A stretch of DNA of 64,000 nucleotides from positions 2,821-66,820 of the forward strand of contig JBDRNS010000005.1 in the NCBI GenBank assembly GCA_043810865.1, in the 5' to 3' direction. Position 1 is the stretch's first letter. Each line of letters begins with the position of its first letter. Positions 1 to 8,918 of this stretch are shown one piece after another. The DNA comes from an archaeon. GTDB lineage: Archaea; Nanobdellota; Nanobdellia; Pacearchaeales; GW2011-AR1. A program made the position numbers and the translations under genes. The notes under the pieces were generated by a model. That model was given only the letters and a program-made list of their open reading frames with translations, ran no database searches and was not told the DNA's origin.

Positions 1-58
1 GTTCCAAAAAATCAAATCCGCGAATTGCTACAGATTAAAAATGCTTATTTGAATTAAA

Positions 59-1777
59 ATGAAAACAGATTATGAGCCATTCAAAATCGGAACTGTATTC
101 AATCCCATTCCAATAAAAGTGAAGAATAATTTTCCCGTTTTAAAGTCGGTGGAGGTTTTATTCCCGAGCAGATTAAATGCGATGGCAATAGATCCGGGCA
201 GAATTGCAAGCAACAAGAATATGGTTTATTCTGCAGGAGAAATAGTTTTCTCACTTCCGATTTTTAAAAGAATTAAAGTCAATGTAATCTCTTCTAGAGA
301 TGTTGTCATATCTGAAAATTCGAGGAGAAAACCTCTTATCAGACACGCATTTTTGATAATGAAAAAAGCAATAAGTTTTGATAACGGATTGTATATCGAA
401 GTGGAAAATTCTGGAGAAGTTAAACATCAAGGGCTTGGTTCAAGCAGCAGTTTATTAGCGGGTGTTTGTGCAGCAATAAATGAAATTTACGGGTGTCCTA
501 TCAACCAAAAAGAATTATTAAAATATGTCGCCCAAAATCACGGAGAGGAAATTGAAGGAAATAATTCAGAATTAAATCCTGTGCAGTGTATTGGTGGTTC
601 AGCAGCATCGGGGCTTTATGAGGGAGGGGTTATATTGGTTCTTGGGAAGAATTTAGTTGCAAAAACCGCAAATATTCCTCAAGATTATTCAATAGTTTTA
701 GGTTTCCCAAAAGATTTTAAAGAAATTGATTCAAAAGTGGCTCTTGAAAAAGAGTTCGAAAATATAAATAATTTTATTGAATGCGGTAAAAAATATGGAG
801 AAACCAATGCTTATAATGTTTTACATAAATTTATTCCTGCGATGATTGAATCAGACATTGAGAAGATGGGAGAGGTGATATATGATTATAGGTATAATAT
901 GGGTAGTATAAAAAATTGTTCATTTCTTTATCCAAAATTAGTTCAGGTTTGCGATAAGGTATCAATTCTTAAAAAAGAGAGGTATGCTTCGATATTATCC
1001 ATCTCCTCTGTCGGGCCATTAATATTCGCGATAACTAAAAATCCAGAAAAATGCCAAGAAATTTTTGAAAAAGAAAATCTAAAAACAGAAATATTTCAAG
1101 TATACAATGGGAAATACAGAGTAGTAAACTTTCTTAGATACGAAGATGTTTTTTGGGATGAACAATCTTCTTTTTTTTCAGATAAGCTTCCCTGTAATCA
1201 TATAATCAAAATCTTAAAAAAGTTTGATAAAAGAAAAGGCAACAAGCTTTTGGATGTCGGATGTGGGGGAGGAAGAAATTTGATATCTAGACTGGGGGAA
1301 GGTTTTGATGTTTATGGGATAGATTATTCTAATTCTATGATAAAGAAAGTCCGACAAAAACTAAGCAAGCATTTTTCTTTAGAAGAGATAAAAAAAAGAA
1401 TACTCAAGAAAAATATCTTCAGTTTATCTGAAATCGACGAAAAGTTTAATGTTGTTATTGCTTCAGGAATAATTCACCAGGCTAAATCGAAAAAAGAGCT
1501 AAAGGAAATAATTTTTTTACTGGCTAATGCACTCAAAAGGGAAGGGATTTTAGTCGGCAATTTATTTACTTCAGATTATTTGGATTCTGAAATGAATTGT
1601 ATTGGTGAGAATGTTTATATTACAAAAGAAGGTTTGTATATGACCCTTGTCACAAAAGACGAATTTTTGGAAATTTGTAAGGAGAATGGACTTTATCCAA
1701 AAACTTTCCAGGAAGAAATAAAGGATGTAGGTACAGGAAAGAGAGCAATCCTCCGTTTTGAACTGGAGAAATTTTAA
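59..1777 (+). CDS. Two-domain protein: N-terminal GHMP-kinase-fold domain (beta-RFAP-synthase-like) fused to a C-terminal class I SAM-dependent methyltransferase
   Basis: N-terminal 'FPSRLNAMAIDPGRI' and 'GLGSSSSLLAGVCAA' (GHMP motif II) then 'GGSAASGL'; C-terminal 'LDVGCGGGRN' SAM-binding motif I; 572-aa ORF. Confidence 0.5.
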   Translation: MKTDYEPFKIGTVFNPIPIKVKNNFPVLKSVEVLFPSRLNAMAIDPGRIASNKNMVYSAGEIVFSLPIFKRIKVNVISSRDVVISENSRRKPLIRHAFLIMKKAISFDNGLYIEVENSGEVKHQGLGSSSSLLAGVCAAINEIYGCPINQKELLKYVAQNHGEEIEGNNSELNPVQCIGGSAASGLYEGGVILVLGKNLVAKTANIPQDYSIVLGFPKDFKEIDSKVALEKEFENINNFIECGKKYGETNAYNVLHKFIPAMIESDIEKMGEVIYDYRYNMGSIKNCSFLYPKLVQVCDKVSILKKERYASILSISSVGPLIFAITKNPEKCQEIFEKENLKTEIFQVYNGKYRVVNFLRYEDVFWDEQSSFFSDKLPCNHIIKILKKFDKRKGNKLLDVGCGGGRNLISRLGEGFDVYGIDYSNSMIKKVRQKLSKHFSLEEIKKRILKKNIFSLSEIDEKFNVVIASGIIHQAKSKKELKEIIFLLANALKREGILVGNLFTSDYLDSEMNCIGENVYITKEGLYMTLVTKDEFLEICKENGLYPKTFQEEIKDVGTGKRAILRFELEKF

Positions 1778-1894
1778 AAAATTAAAATTATAAACAATAT
1801 ATTCTTCTCCGAAACACAAGCCCGGAGAAATCGCCAAGACAAAAAAAGATGCGGAGAAAGCAGAGAAAAACACAAGTAAAATTAATTTCAGTTT

Positions 1895-2359
1895 TTATCC
1901 TGCTAAATATCTTCTTAAATCAAGATTACGCAAACCTCTTATTACATCTTCGGGGACGAAAACATCTGTTGTTTTTATTGGAGAATCTCTTCCTAATTTT
2001 ATTCTTTGTAATGAATCTTTTTTTGGAGAAGAAAACATTTTGCCGAGATCTTCAAGATAAGGAAGGGTGCTTTTTCCCGCGTGAAGAAGGAAATCAGGGG
2101 CTAGGGGAATTATAATCTGTTTTTCTGTTAAATCGCTCCAGATGTATAAATTGCCTTCCCGTACAGTTCTTATATCTTCTCTTTTTGGGATTTTATGCAA
2201 CCACCATTCCTCCCATTTTAATCTTGGATTAATTTGAACAACATTTCTCCCATTAGTATAGCTTGTTAGATAACCTATCACTAGCTCTCTTATATCTTCA
2301 GGGTTTCTTGCATAAATGTGTGGTTCCCGATTTGAGAGATCTTTTAATTTATATAACAT
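1895..2359 (-). CDS. hypothetical protein
   Basis: 154-aa ORF with no recognisable motif; coding-like composition. Confidence 0.35.
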   Translation of the reverse strand: MLYKLKDLSNREPHIYARNPEDIRELVIGYLTSYTNGRNVVQINPRLKWEEWWLHKIPKREDIRTVREGNLYIWSDLTEKQIIIPLAPDFLLHAGKSTLPYLEDLGKMFSSPKKDSLQRIKLGRDSPIKTTDVFVPEDVIRGLRNLDLRRYLAG

Positions 2360-2656
2360 GCGAAAATATTTTCTTGAAGTTATATAAGGTTTTTGTTTTG
2401 GGTGGAATTTTGATTTTTATTTGCGTTCGCCAAAGCCAAGATAAATTCTTTCAGAATTTAGTATCGGTGCTCACGATTATTGACCTAGTTCCGTTTTATA
2501 TTTTCGACAAGGAAGGAATTTCGCTAAAAAAGTTTTAGTGCAATAATTTTCTAATCAATATCTGAACGAGAGGAAGGAAATTAAAAGCGAGCCGAAGGCG
2601 AGCTAAATTAATGCCCCCAAATTTTTATAAACTTGTTCTTATGTTTTATTTTATCA

Positions 2657-2859
2657 GCCCCAATCGCATAAGGGTATTGCACAAGATTGGAAAGCAGAAC
2701 CGAGGTTCCGCACCTCCTATGAATAAGAAAAGTTCAGCAGGAACGCACCTCCTATTGGTGAAAGGGGGTTCGGCGCCCAAAGAAACTACAATAGTTTCCG
2801 AGAGAAAAACAAACATCTTGGTCCGCAAGGACATCCAGGTTCGAGTCCTGGTTGGGGCG
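2657..2859 (+). tRNA. tRNA-Ser (anticodon GGA), type II long variable arm, interrupted by an intron of about 122 nt (2693-2814)
   Basis: 7-bp acceptor GCCCCAA/TTGGGGC; D-arm GCAT-AAGGGTA-TTGC; anticodon stem CAAGA/TCTTG; loop TTGGAA|A gives anticodon GGA; variable arm GTCC-GCAA-GGAC; T-arm CCAGG-TTCGAGT-CCTGG; discriminator G; poly-T follows. Intron boundaries approximate. Confidence 0.55.
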
Positions 2860-2868
2860 TTTTTGAAA

Positions 2869-3432
2869 ATGGAAAAAGATTACAAAAAAGAATTTATTGA
2901 AATAATTAAAAATGATAATTTTTTGACTGAACTGTTAAAAATAGTCAGGGAACTTGATTTGCCTGATTGGTTTGTTGTTGCAGGAGTTGTCAGGAACAGG
3001 GTTTGGGATTTTCTGCATGGATATGGGCAAAATACCGAACTGAGAGATGTTGATGTTATTTATTTTGATAATTCCAAGTTTAATTCTGAAGAAGATAAAA
3101 GAATTGAAAAGAAACTAAGAGAAAAAAGAAATGATATAGAATGGGATGTTTTTAATCAAGCCCGAAGACATCTTAAAAATCAGAAAAGTGTAAATTCTTC
3201 TGAAGAGGCACTTTTTTATTATAGTGAGACAGCTAATTGCATTGGTGTGAGGTTAAACAAAGACGGCAGTTTTTTTGTTTGTGCTCCTTACGGTTTTGAG
3301 GACTTGATGAATTTGATAGTTAAGCCAGTTCCAGAACCTTATCAGAACATGGAGTTGTTTAATTTGAGAACAAAAGAAAAAGGATGGTTTGAAAAGTGGC
3401 CGAAATTGAAATTAATTACTTCACCACAATAA
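2869..3432 (+). CDS. nucleotidyltransferase family protein (NTP_transf_6-like)
   Basis: 'WFVVAGVVRNRVWDFLHGYG' and 'DVDVIYFD' motifs; start taken at the internal Met (MEKDYKK) because the upstream part of the ORF is the tRNA gene. Confidence 0.45.
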   Translation: MEKDYKKEFIEIIKNDNFLTELLKIVRELDLPDWFVVAGVVRNRVWDFLHGYGQNTELRDVDVIYFDNSKFNSEEDKRIEKKLREKRNDIEWDVFNQARRHLKNQKSVNSSEEALFYYSETANCIGVRLNKDGSFFVCAPYGFEDLMNLIVKPVPEPYQNMELFNLRTKEKGWFEKWPKLKLITSPQ

Positions 3433-3463
3433 TCTTTATAAAGAAGGGATATTCTCTTTTTTT

Positions 3464-3889
3464 ATGAATAGGTTAAGTGAAGTTAGATATGAAGAAGGAA
3501 TTGCTGCGGGACATTACGATCACAGAAGAAATATTGATGACCCTTTAAAATTGTTTGATGGGTTGGAAGGAACATGGCATCCCCACGGAATAATTACATT
3601 AAAGCAGGAAGGATTGGACTTGGGAAATCACCATCATGATTACGATGAACTTTATTTTTCTCCAACAGGAGGGTTTAATGTCTGGCTTGTTGATGAGAGA
3701 GAACCAAAAGATATGTTACATTTTAGGATGACTCCCGGTTCAAGATTGCTTCTTCCAGAATATGTTGCTCACAGAGTTGTTGGGGAAATTGGTTCTGTAT
3801 TGCTGACTTATGGGAACGTTCCTTTTAATTCAAATAGAATTTTAAAGAGTTCGACTGAGTCCTTGGAACTTCTTGCAGTGGGAGAATAA
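3464..3889 (+). CDS. cupin-domain protein
   Basis: 'GNHHHDYDELYF' cupin motif 1 and 'PEYVAHRV' motif 2. Confidence 0.45.
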   Translation: MNRLSEVRYEEGIAAGHYDHRRNIDDPLKLFDGLEGTWHPHGIITLKQEGLDLGNHHHDYDELYFSPTGGFNVWLVDEREPKDMLHFRMTPGSRLLLPEYVAHRVVGEIGSVLLTYGNVPFNSNRILKSSTESLELLAVGE

Positions 3890-3916
3890 TTTATTAATTC
3901 TTTTTTCTTCGCATAA

Positions 3917-4234
3917 TTGATGAAAACCTTCAATGAACGTTGTTATGAAATTTTGAAAAAAGTTCCTGCGGGAAAAGTCACGACTTACAAAGCAATTGCG
4001 CATAAGTTAAATTCAAAAGCTTATCGTCAGGTTGGAATGGCGATGAACAAAAATCCTTACGCTCCAAAAATTCCCTGTCATCGCGTTATAAACAGCGACG
4101 GAAAAATTGGAGGATTTAATTCCGGAGTAAAAAAGAAAATTGAAATGCTGAAAAAAGAAGGCGTTGAAGTGAAAAATAATAGGATTGATTTAGGGAAGTT
4201 TGGGTTTTATTTCTCTCGCTTCGCTCGCTATTGA
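3917..4234 (+). CDS. ogt: methylated-DNA-protein-cysteine methyltransferase (MGMT/Ogt DNA-binding domain family)
   Basis: 'PCHRVI' active-site Cys motif; 'YKAIA' helix; about 100-aa single-domain form. Confidence 0.6.
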   Translation: MMKTFNERCYEILKKVPAGKVTTYKAIAHKLNSKAYRQVGMAMNKNPYAPKIPCHRVINSDGKIGGFNSGVKKKIEMLKKEGVEVKNNRIDLGKFGFYFSRFARY

Positions 4235-4358
4235 TGTGCTTCGTGCCAAACTTCGTTAAAGCACTTCGCTAAGAAAGTTTTAATGCATTAATATTTTTTT
4301 ATTAGCGAGAATTCTTGACAGCGTCTAAATTCAAGCCAGACAATCGTGAGCGTACTTC
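4211..4358. repeat. GC-box intergenic repeat, copy J (CGCTTCGCTCGC ... CGTGAGCG inverted boxes)
   Basis: GC-rich CGCTCGC/GTGAGCG boxes in an AT-rich spacer, shared with other copies. Confidence 0.4.
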
Positions 4359-4408
4359 TTTATGAAAATCATCCAAATCTTTATAAAAGATAAATCTTTT
4401 TTGATTTA

Positions 4409-4717
4409 ATGGACAAAGACGTTGGAAAGATAACAAAAGGCGAATATCAGGGAACTGTTACAGATATTGTTGTCGGAATCAGAGAATACAACGGGAAAGT
4501 CGGTGTTGATATAAGAGAATTTACAACGAGCGACAGGTACACAGGGCCGACGAAGAAGGGATTGAGGATTCCTGCTGAGAGTTTTTCAAAGTTCAAGGAA
4601 ATGATAAATTCAATTAATGAAAGCGACTTGAAACCTTCTGAAGTAAGCTCTGAGAAAACAGAAAGCAAAACAGAAATGAAAAAGCCAAAAAATCAGGAAG
4701 AACTGCCTGATTATTGA
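4409..4717 (+). CDS. PC4/Sub1-like ssDNA-binding protein with acidic C-terminal tail
   Basis: 'VGVDIREF...GPTKKGLRIPAESFSKFKEMINSINE' parallels the PC4 C-terminal domain 'IDIREYW...[24 protein letters not shown]'. Confidence 0.5.
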   Translation: MDKDVGKITKGEYQGTVTDIVVGIREYNGKVGVDIREFTTSDRYTGPTKKGLRIPAESFSKFKEMINSINESDLKPSEVSSEKTESKTEMKKPKNQEELPDY

Positions 4718-4790
4718 AGCAAAAATTTATTTCTAAATTAGTTCCACTCTGTTCGCAATCCTACATAAATTTTTGTCCCTATTTAATTTA

Positions 4791-4950
4791 TTCCCACCCG
4801 CCCACCCCCAGAAAATTAATTAATAAAAATCCCAAAAATAATTACTAAAATTACTTTTTACTACAAAATCATTCACCATCACAAAATTTGTCTCTTTTCG
4901 CCCGATTGATGAAATAAATTTAATCTAAAAATTCCGAGAAAGTTATAAAA
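4791..4950. repeat. Mosaic intergenic repeat family, copy A (CCCACCCGCCCACCC + AATTAATAA + TTTGTCTC...GATTGAT...TTTAAT module)
   Basis: Shares 'TTCCCACCCGCCCACCC...AAAATTAATTAATAA' and 'AAATTTGTCTC..CG..C..ATTGAT.A..TTTAAT' with copies B, C, D, F. Confidence 0.6.
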
Positions 4951-5018
4951 TACAGGTTGTGTTTATATTAACAGTTTAAATTAATATGCAAACGAAGTGA
5001 GCATAAATTTATGAAAAT

Positions 5019-5408
5019 TCAAAAAATCAAACTGACAATATAATCACTTATTCCTGCGCTTAAAATTCCGATTATTATTCCGAAAATTATTTTCTTTTTT
5101 TCCGCCTTGAAGTAAAAGAGCGAGGCAATCATCAAAATATAAATTGCCGACGCGAAAATTGTAAATGTCAGATTTTTGTAATAAAGAGATGTGAAAATCA
5201 AGACAACCAATCCCAATCCTGAGTGGATGTTTGCTTTTATTATGAAAATAGCGATTAAATATACTGCTCCTGCAATTGCAATCTGTGTAAGATATTCGGG
5301 CTTTGAGAGAATTGAAATTCTTGCAAGGACAAGAACAAAAAAAGGAATTCCGCCGAGAGCAACCAAATCCCTTGCAGTTTCTTTCAGATATTTTTTATAA
5401 TTTTTCAT
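5019..5408 (-). CDS. integral membrane protein (4 predicted TM helices)
   Basis: Hydrophobic segments throughout; 129 aa. Confidence 0.45.
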   Translation of the reverse strand: MKNYKKYLKETARDLVALGGIPFFVLVLARISILSKPEYLTQIAIAGAVYLIAIFIIKANIHSGLGLVVLIFTSLYYKNLTFTIFASAIYILMIASLFYFKAEKKKIIFGIIIGILSAGISDYIVSLIF

Positions 5409-6037
5409 TCTACTTGAATTTTATAATTTCCATTTATCTCAAAATCCACTACATTTCCGTTTAGCTGCATCAACTCCTCTTCAATCACCAAACTCCCATT
5501 ATAGCCGTTTATTTCCACTTTTTCGTTGTCTACTTTAAATGTGTTTTTCATGTCTGCTATGTTTATGTGGCCTGAAGTAACATATGACAACTTGTCAATT
5601 TCAACATTATCTATTTCGATAACATTGTAACCTGCGGATTTTTCGAAGGAAACTTTTGCGGAATTTCCAGCGAGGTTTGCAGGATAGCCGTTGAAAATTA
5701 TTTCAGAACTTTCTCCCTTCAATCTTTTTATTTCATCCGAGTTTAGGGATATCTCTCCCCTGAAGTTTTTCATGATGATGTAATTGTTGTTTGAATTTCC
5801 GAGATAATTTTTTTCACTTCCGACGATGAAGTTTGAATCAGAATAAGCGACGAGTTTTACTTCGTTGAAATTTCCTTTTAATGTTATTTCAGGGATTGTG
5901 AGTCCTGCGTTTATGCTGATTGTTGCTGTTTCGTTTTTGCCGCTTATGAAATCACCTGTCAGCGGAATTTTGTCTGAGAAAGCATTGTATGCGAGAAGAA
6001 CTAATATTCCTATAAGCACCATTGTTATTATTTTCAT
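5405..6037 (-). CDS. secreted/surface protein with N-terminal signal anchor
   Basis: N-terminal 'MKIITMVLIGILVLLAYNAFS'; beta-rich N/G/S/E composition. Confidence 0.45.
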   Translation of the reverse strand: MKIITMVLIGILVLLAYNAFSDKIPLTGDFISGKNETATISINAGLTIPEITLKGNFNEVKLVAYSDSNFIVGSEKNYLGNSNNNYIIMKNFRGEISLNSDEIKRLKGESSEIIFNGYPANLAGNSAKVSFEKSAGYNVIEIDNVEIDKLSYVTSGHINIADMKNTFKVDNEKVEINGYNGSLVIEEELMQLNGNVVDFEINGNYKIQVE

Positions 6038-6112
6038 AGTTATCTGATGATGTTATGAATTAAAAAGATTTGCCTTAGTAAGCTTTTTAACTTAATTCGG
6101 TTTTGTGTTTTC

Positions 6113-7855
6113 ATGGAGCAAAAAATAAGACAGCCGATAGTGACGGTTTGCGGGCATGTTGATCACGGAAAGACAAGCGTTCTTGACGCTCTTAGGGAAA
6201 GCTCTGTTACAGAAGAGGAGGCAGGAGGAATAACGCAGAAAATTTCTTTCACGCTTTTCCCGATGGAACAACTGAAAAAAGCATGCCCATTGATTGAGAA
6301 GCAGGGAATAAAATTAAACATTCCAGGTTTTTTGTTTATTGATACCCCTGGGCACGCGGCTTTTACAAATTTGAGAAAAAGGGGAGGAAGTTTGGCGGAC
6401 ATTGCAATTCTTGTCATTGACATAAATGAGGGAATAAAGCCGCAGACAGCAGAAGTAATTCAAATTTTGAAACTTAACAAGACGCCTTTTATTATTGCGC
6501 TGAACAAGATTGACAACATTTCAGGGTGGAGGGCTAGAAAAGATTTGGGACTGAAAGAAAGCATTGAATCGCAGTCGGTAAATGTGAAGCAAACATTTGA
6601 CGAAAGGTATTACACTTTAATCGGAAGTTTGAACAGTTTCGGATTTGACGCAGATTTGTTCTATAATATTTCTGATTTCACGAAGAAAATTGCGCTTGTT
6701 CCTTTAAGTGCGAGAACGAAAGAGGGGATTTCTGAGCTGATAATGGTTTTGTGCGGATTGAGTCAAAGGTATCTTGCGGGAAATTTGTTTGTCGGGAAAG
6801 ATGCTAAGGGAGTCATACTTGAAATTAAAAAAGAAAAGTCAATAAATTATGCAGAGGCGATTTTGTATGACGGCGAGTTGGAAAAGAAAAATAAAATTGC
6901 AATTGCGGATTTAAACGGCGAGCCGATTGTTACAGGAATAAGAATTCTTGAAGAGATTCAGCCGCTTTCATCAAAGTTTAAGCCGAGGGAAAAAGTTTCT
7001 GCCGCGACAGGATTAAGAATGCAGTTTATTGAAAAAGCAAATATTTTATCGGGAATGCCCTTTGTTTCTTACGATGGAGACAAGGAAAAAATAAAAAGTA
7101 TTTTTAGAAAAGAAATCTCTGAAAATATTGAAACGCAGAAGAACGGAATTATTGCTAAGGCGGATTCTTTGGGAAGTTTGGAGGCGCTGCTTGTTTTGCT
7201 GAAACAAAATAATGTTCCTGTCGTGAAAGCAGGAATTGGGGACATAAACAAGACGGATGTAATTTCTGCAAAAGCGAATCTGAAAATAAACGAGCTTGAT
7301 GCAATTGTTGTTGGTTTTAATGTAGATGTTGATGAAGATGCCAAGGAAATTCTTGGAGAAGTTAAGATAGTAAAAGAGGAGGTTATTTACAAGCTTATTG
7401 AAAATCTTGTTGCGTTCAGGGAAGAGAGAAGAAGAGAAATTGAAAAAGAAAGAATGATGTCGCTGAGTTCGTTGTGTAAATTGCAAATTCTTCACCAGCA
7501 TGTTTTCAGGAATACGAAGCCGGCGATTTTTGGGGTTAGGGTTGAAAGCGGGAAATTGATTTCTGGCTTGAATTTGTTTGATGAGAAAAATGAAAAAATC
7601 GGGAGAGTGAAGAATATTCAGACAGAAAATAAATCTGTTCGGGAGGCAGGGGAAGGACAAGAAATTGCGATTTCAATTCCCGGAATTAATTTTGAGAGAA
7701 TGCTCGGAAAGGAGAAGTTTCTTTATTCAGATATTTCAGAGAGCCAATTCAAGAAATTCAAAAAAAACAAGGATTTGCTTTCAAGCAAGGAAATTTCTTT
7801 GCTTCAGGAAATTGCGGAAATTAAACGGAAAGATAAGGCAGATTGGGGGAACTGA
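6113..7855 (+). CDS. infB: translation initiation factor aIF5B (aIF-2/IF2 homolog)
   Basis: 'GHVDHGKTS' P-loop, 'DTPGHAAF', 'NKID' GTPase motifs; 580 aa. Confidence 0.85.
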   Translation: MEQKIRQPIVTVCGHVDHGKTSVLDALRESSVTEEEAGGITQKISFTLFPMEQLKKACPLIEKQGIKLNIPGFLFIDTPGHAAFTNLRKRGGSLADIAILVIDINEGIKPQTAEVIQILKLNKTPFIIALNKIDNISGWRARKDLGLKESIESQSVNVKQTFDERYYTLIGSLNSFGFDADLFYNISDFTKKIALVPLSARTKEGISELIMVLCGLSQRYLAGNLFVGKDAKGVILEIKKEKSINYAEAILYDGELEKKNKIAIADLNGEPIVTGIRILEEIQPLSSKFKPREKVSAATGLRMQFIEKANILSGMPFVSYDGDKEKIKSIFRKEISENIETQKNGIIAKADSLGSLEALLVLLKQNNVPVVKAGIGDINKTDVISAKANLKINELDAIVVGFNVDVDEDAKEILGEVKIVKEEVIYKLIENLVAFREERRREIEKERMMSLSSLCKLQILHQHVFRNTKPAIFGVRVESGKLISGLNLFDEKNEKIGRVKNIQTENKSVREAGEGQEIAISIPGINFERMLGKEKFLYSDISESQFKKFKKNKDLLSSKEISLLQEIAEIKRKDKADWGN

Positions 7856-7888
7856 AATCTTTAAAAACCATTTCCAATACTAGTTATT

Positions 7889-8410
7889 ATGGCATTCAAA
7901 ATTAATATTTCAGAGAAATCAGGGAAGACATTCCATTTGGATATGGATAATGAGAATCTTATTGGGAAAGAATTAAAGAATAAAGTTTCAGGGAATGAAA
8001 TTTCTCCTGACTTGAGCAGTTATGAATTTGAGATTACAGGAATGAGTGATATTGCCGGTTTTCCTTCCTTGGAGAGTGTTGAAGGAATCGGTTTAAAGAA
8101 AGTTCTTTTGACTTACGGGAAAGGCATGAAGAGGAGACCTAAAAAAGAAGGGAAAAGAAAGAGAAACAAAAACAAGCCGAAGGGTTTGCGTTTGAGAAAA
8201 ACTGTAAGAGGCAAGGTAATTTCTCCGAATATTGTTCAGATTAATCTCAAGGTTTTGAAAGAAGGCGCGAAAAAATTGAATGAGATTTTTCCGGAGCAGA
8301 ATCAGAAAAAAGAAGAGGAGAAGAAGGAAGTCAAGACAGAAGAAAAAGTTGAGGAAAAGCCGGTTGAAAAAATAGAGGTTAAAAAAGAAGAAAAACAAGA
8401 ATCTCAGTGA
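7889..8410 (+). CDS. rps6e: ribosomal protein S6e with Lys-rich C-terminal extension
   Basis: 'KINISEKSGKTFHLDMD...ITGMSDIAGFP' matches the S6e N-terminus; K/E-rich tail. Confidence 0.65.
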   Translation: MAFKINISEKSGKTFHLDMDNENLIGKELKNKVSGNEISPDLSSYEFEITGMSDIAGFPSLESVEGIGLKKVLLTYGKGMKRRPKKEGKRKRNKNKPKGLRLRKTVRGKVISPNIVQINLKVLKEGAKKLNEIFPEQNQKKEEEKKEVKTEEKVEEKPVEKIEVKKEEKQESQ

Positions 8411-8868
8411 TTTAGTTTTTCAACTAGCCGTTCAATAAATTCTCTTTGCGCAGGAATTATTTTTTCCTTCGCTTCTTCAATGGAAAATAATTTTACTTTG
8501 TCAACTTCGGGAATTTTTATTTTCTTTCCTGAATTGTATGGATATTCAATTTCAATTATATTTTGTTTTAACAAACCATTCCAGTCATTTTCAAATGCCC
8601 ATGCGTGAACGATTTTTCCTGATTTTTGCCTTACTTCTCCAAGAGGAATAAATTCATTTTTGCCAGTTAATTTTATTCCTGTTTCCTCCACAAATTCCCG
8701 TTTTGCAGTATCAAATAATTTTTCTTTTTCTTTCACCTGTCCTTTTGGAATGCTCCATGCTCCAATATCCTTGTTTTTCCAAAACGGACCGCCGTGATGA
8801 ACAAGAAAAACTTTCAGGTTCTTGTCATTGATTTTATACATCAACAAACCGGATGAGATTTTATGCAT
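8404..8868 (-). CDS. NUDIX hydrolase
   Basis: Nudix box 'GQVKEKEKLFDTAKREFVEETGI' (GX5EX7REUXEEXGU). Confidence 0.65.
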   Translation of the reverse strand: MHKISSGLLMYKINDKNLKVFLVHHGGPFWKNKDIGAWSIPKGQVKEKEKLFDTAKREFVEETGIKLTGKNEFIPLGEVRQKSGKIVHAWAFENDWNGLLKQNIIEIEYPYNSGKKIKIPEVDKVKLFSIEEAKEKIIPAQREFIERLVEKLNH

Positions 8869-8918
8869 TTTGCAATTAGAATACCAAACCTTAAAAACTC
8901 TTTCTTCAAAATATCACT

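Noticed and set aside
2611-3432. Long N-terminal extension of the nucleotidyltransferase ORF (MPPNFYKL...) and antisense ORF 2646..2834
   Set aside because: The region 2657-2859 is an intron-containing tRNA-Ser gene. The protein most likely starts at the internal Met at 2869; the 'GAEPRFC' peptide shared with ORF 48965..49207 simply reflects the conserved tRNA intron sequence.
7046-7660. 204-aa and 91-aa antisense ORFs inside infB, and similar antisense or shadow ORFs inside gyrA (12346-14052), gyrB (15994-17313), ileS (35764-37224), purL (46256-48120) and others
   Set aside because: They are embedded in strongly supported genes on the opposite strand or other frames, have low-complexity hydrophobic (F/L/S-rich) composition typical of AT-rich shadow frames, and contain no motifs.
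8093-8398. 101-aa F/L-rich ORF antisense to the S6e C-terminus
   Set aside because: It is a mirror of the Lys/Glu-rich S6e tail (poly-AAG/GAA gives poly-Phe/Leu on the opposite strand); artefact.
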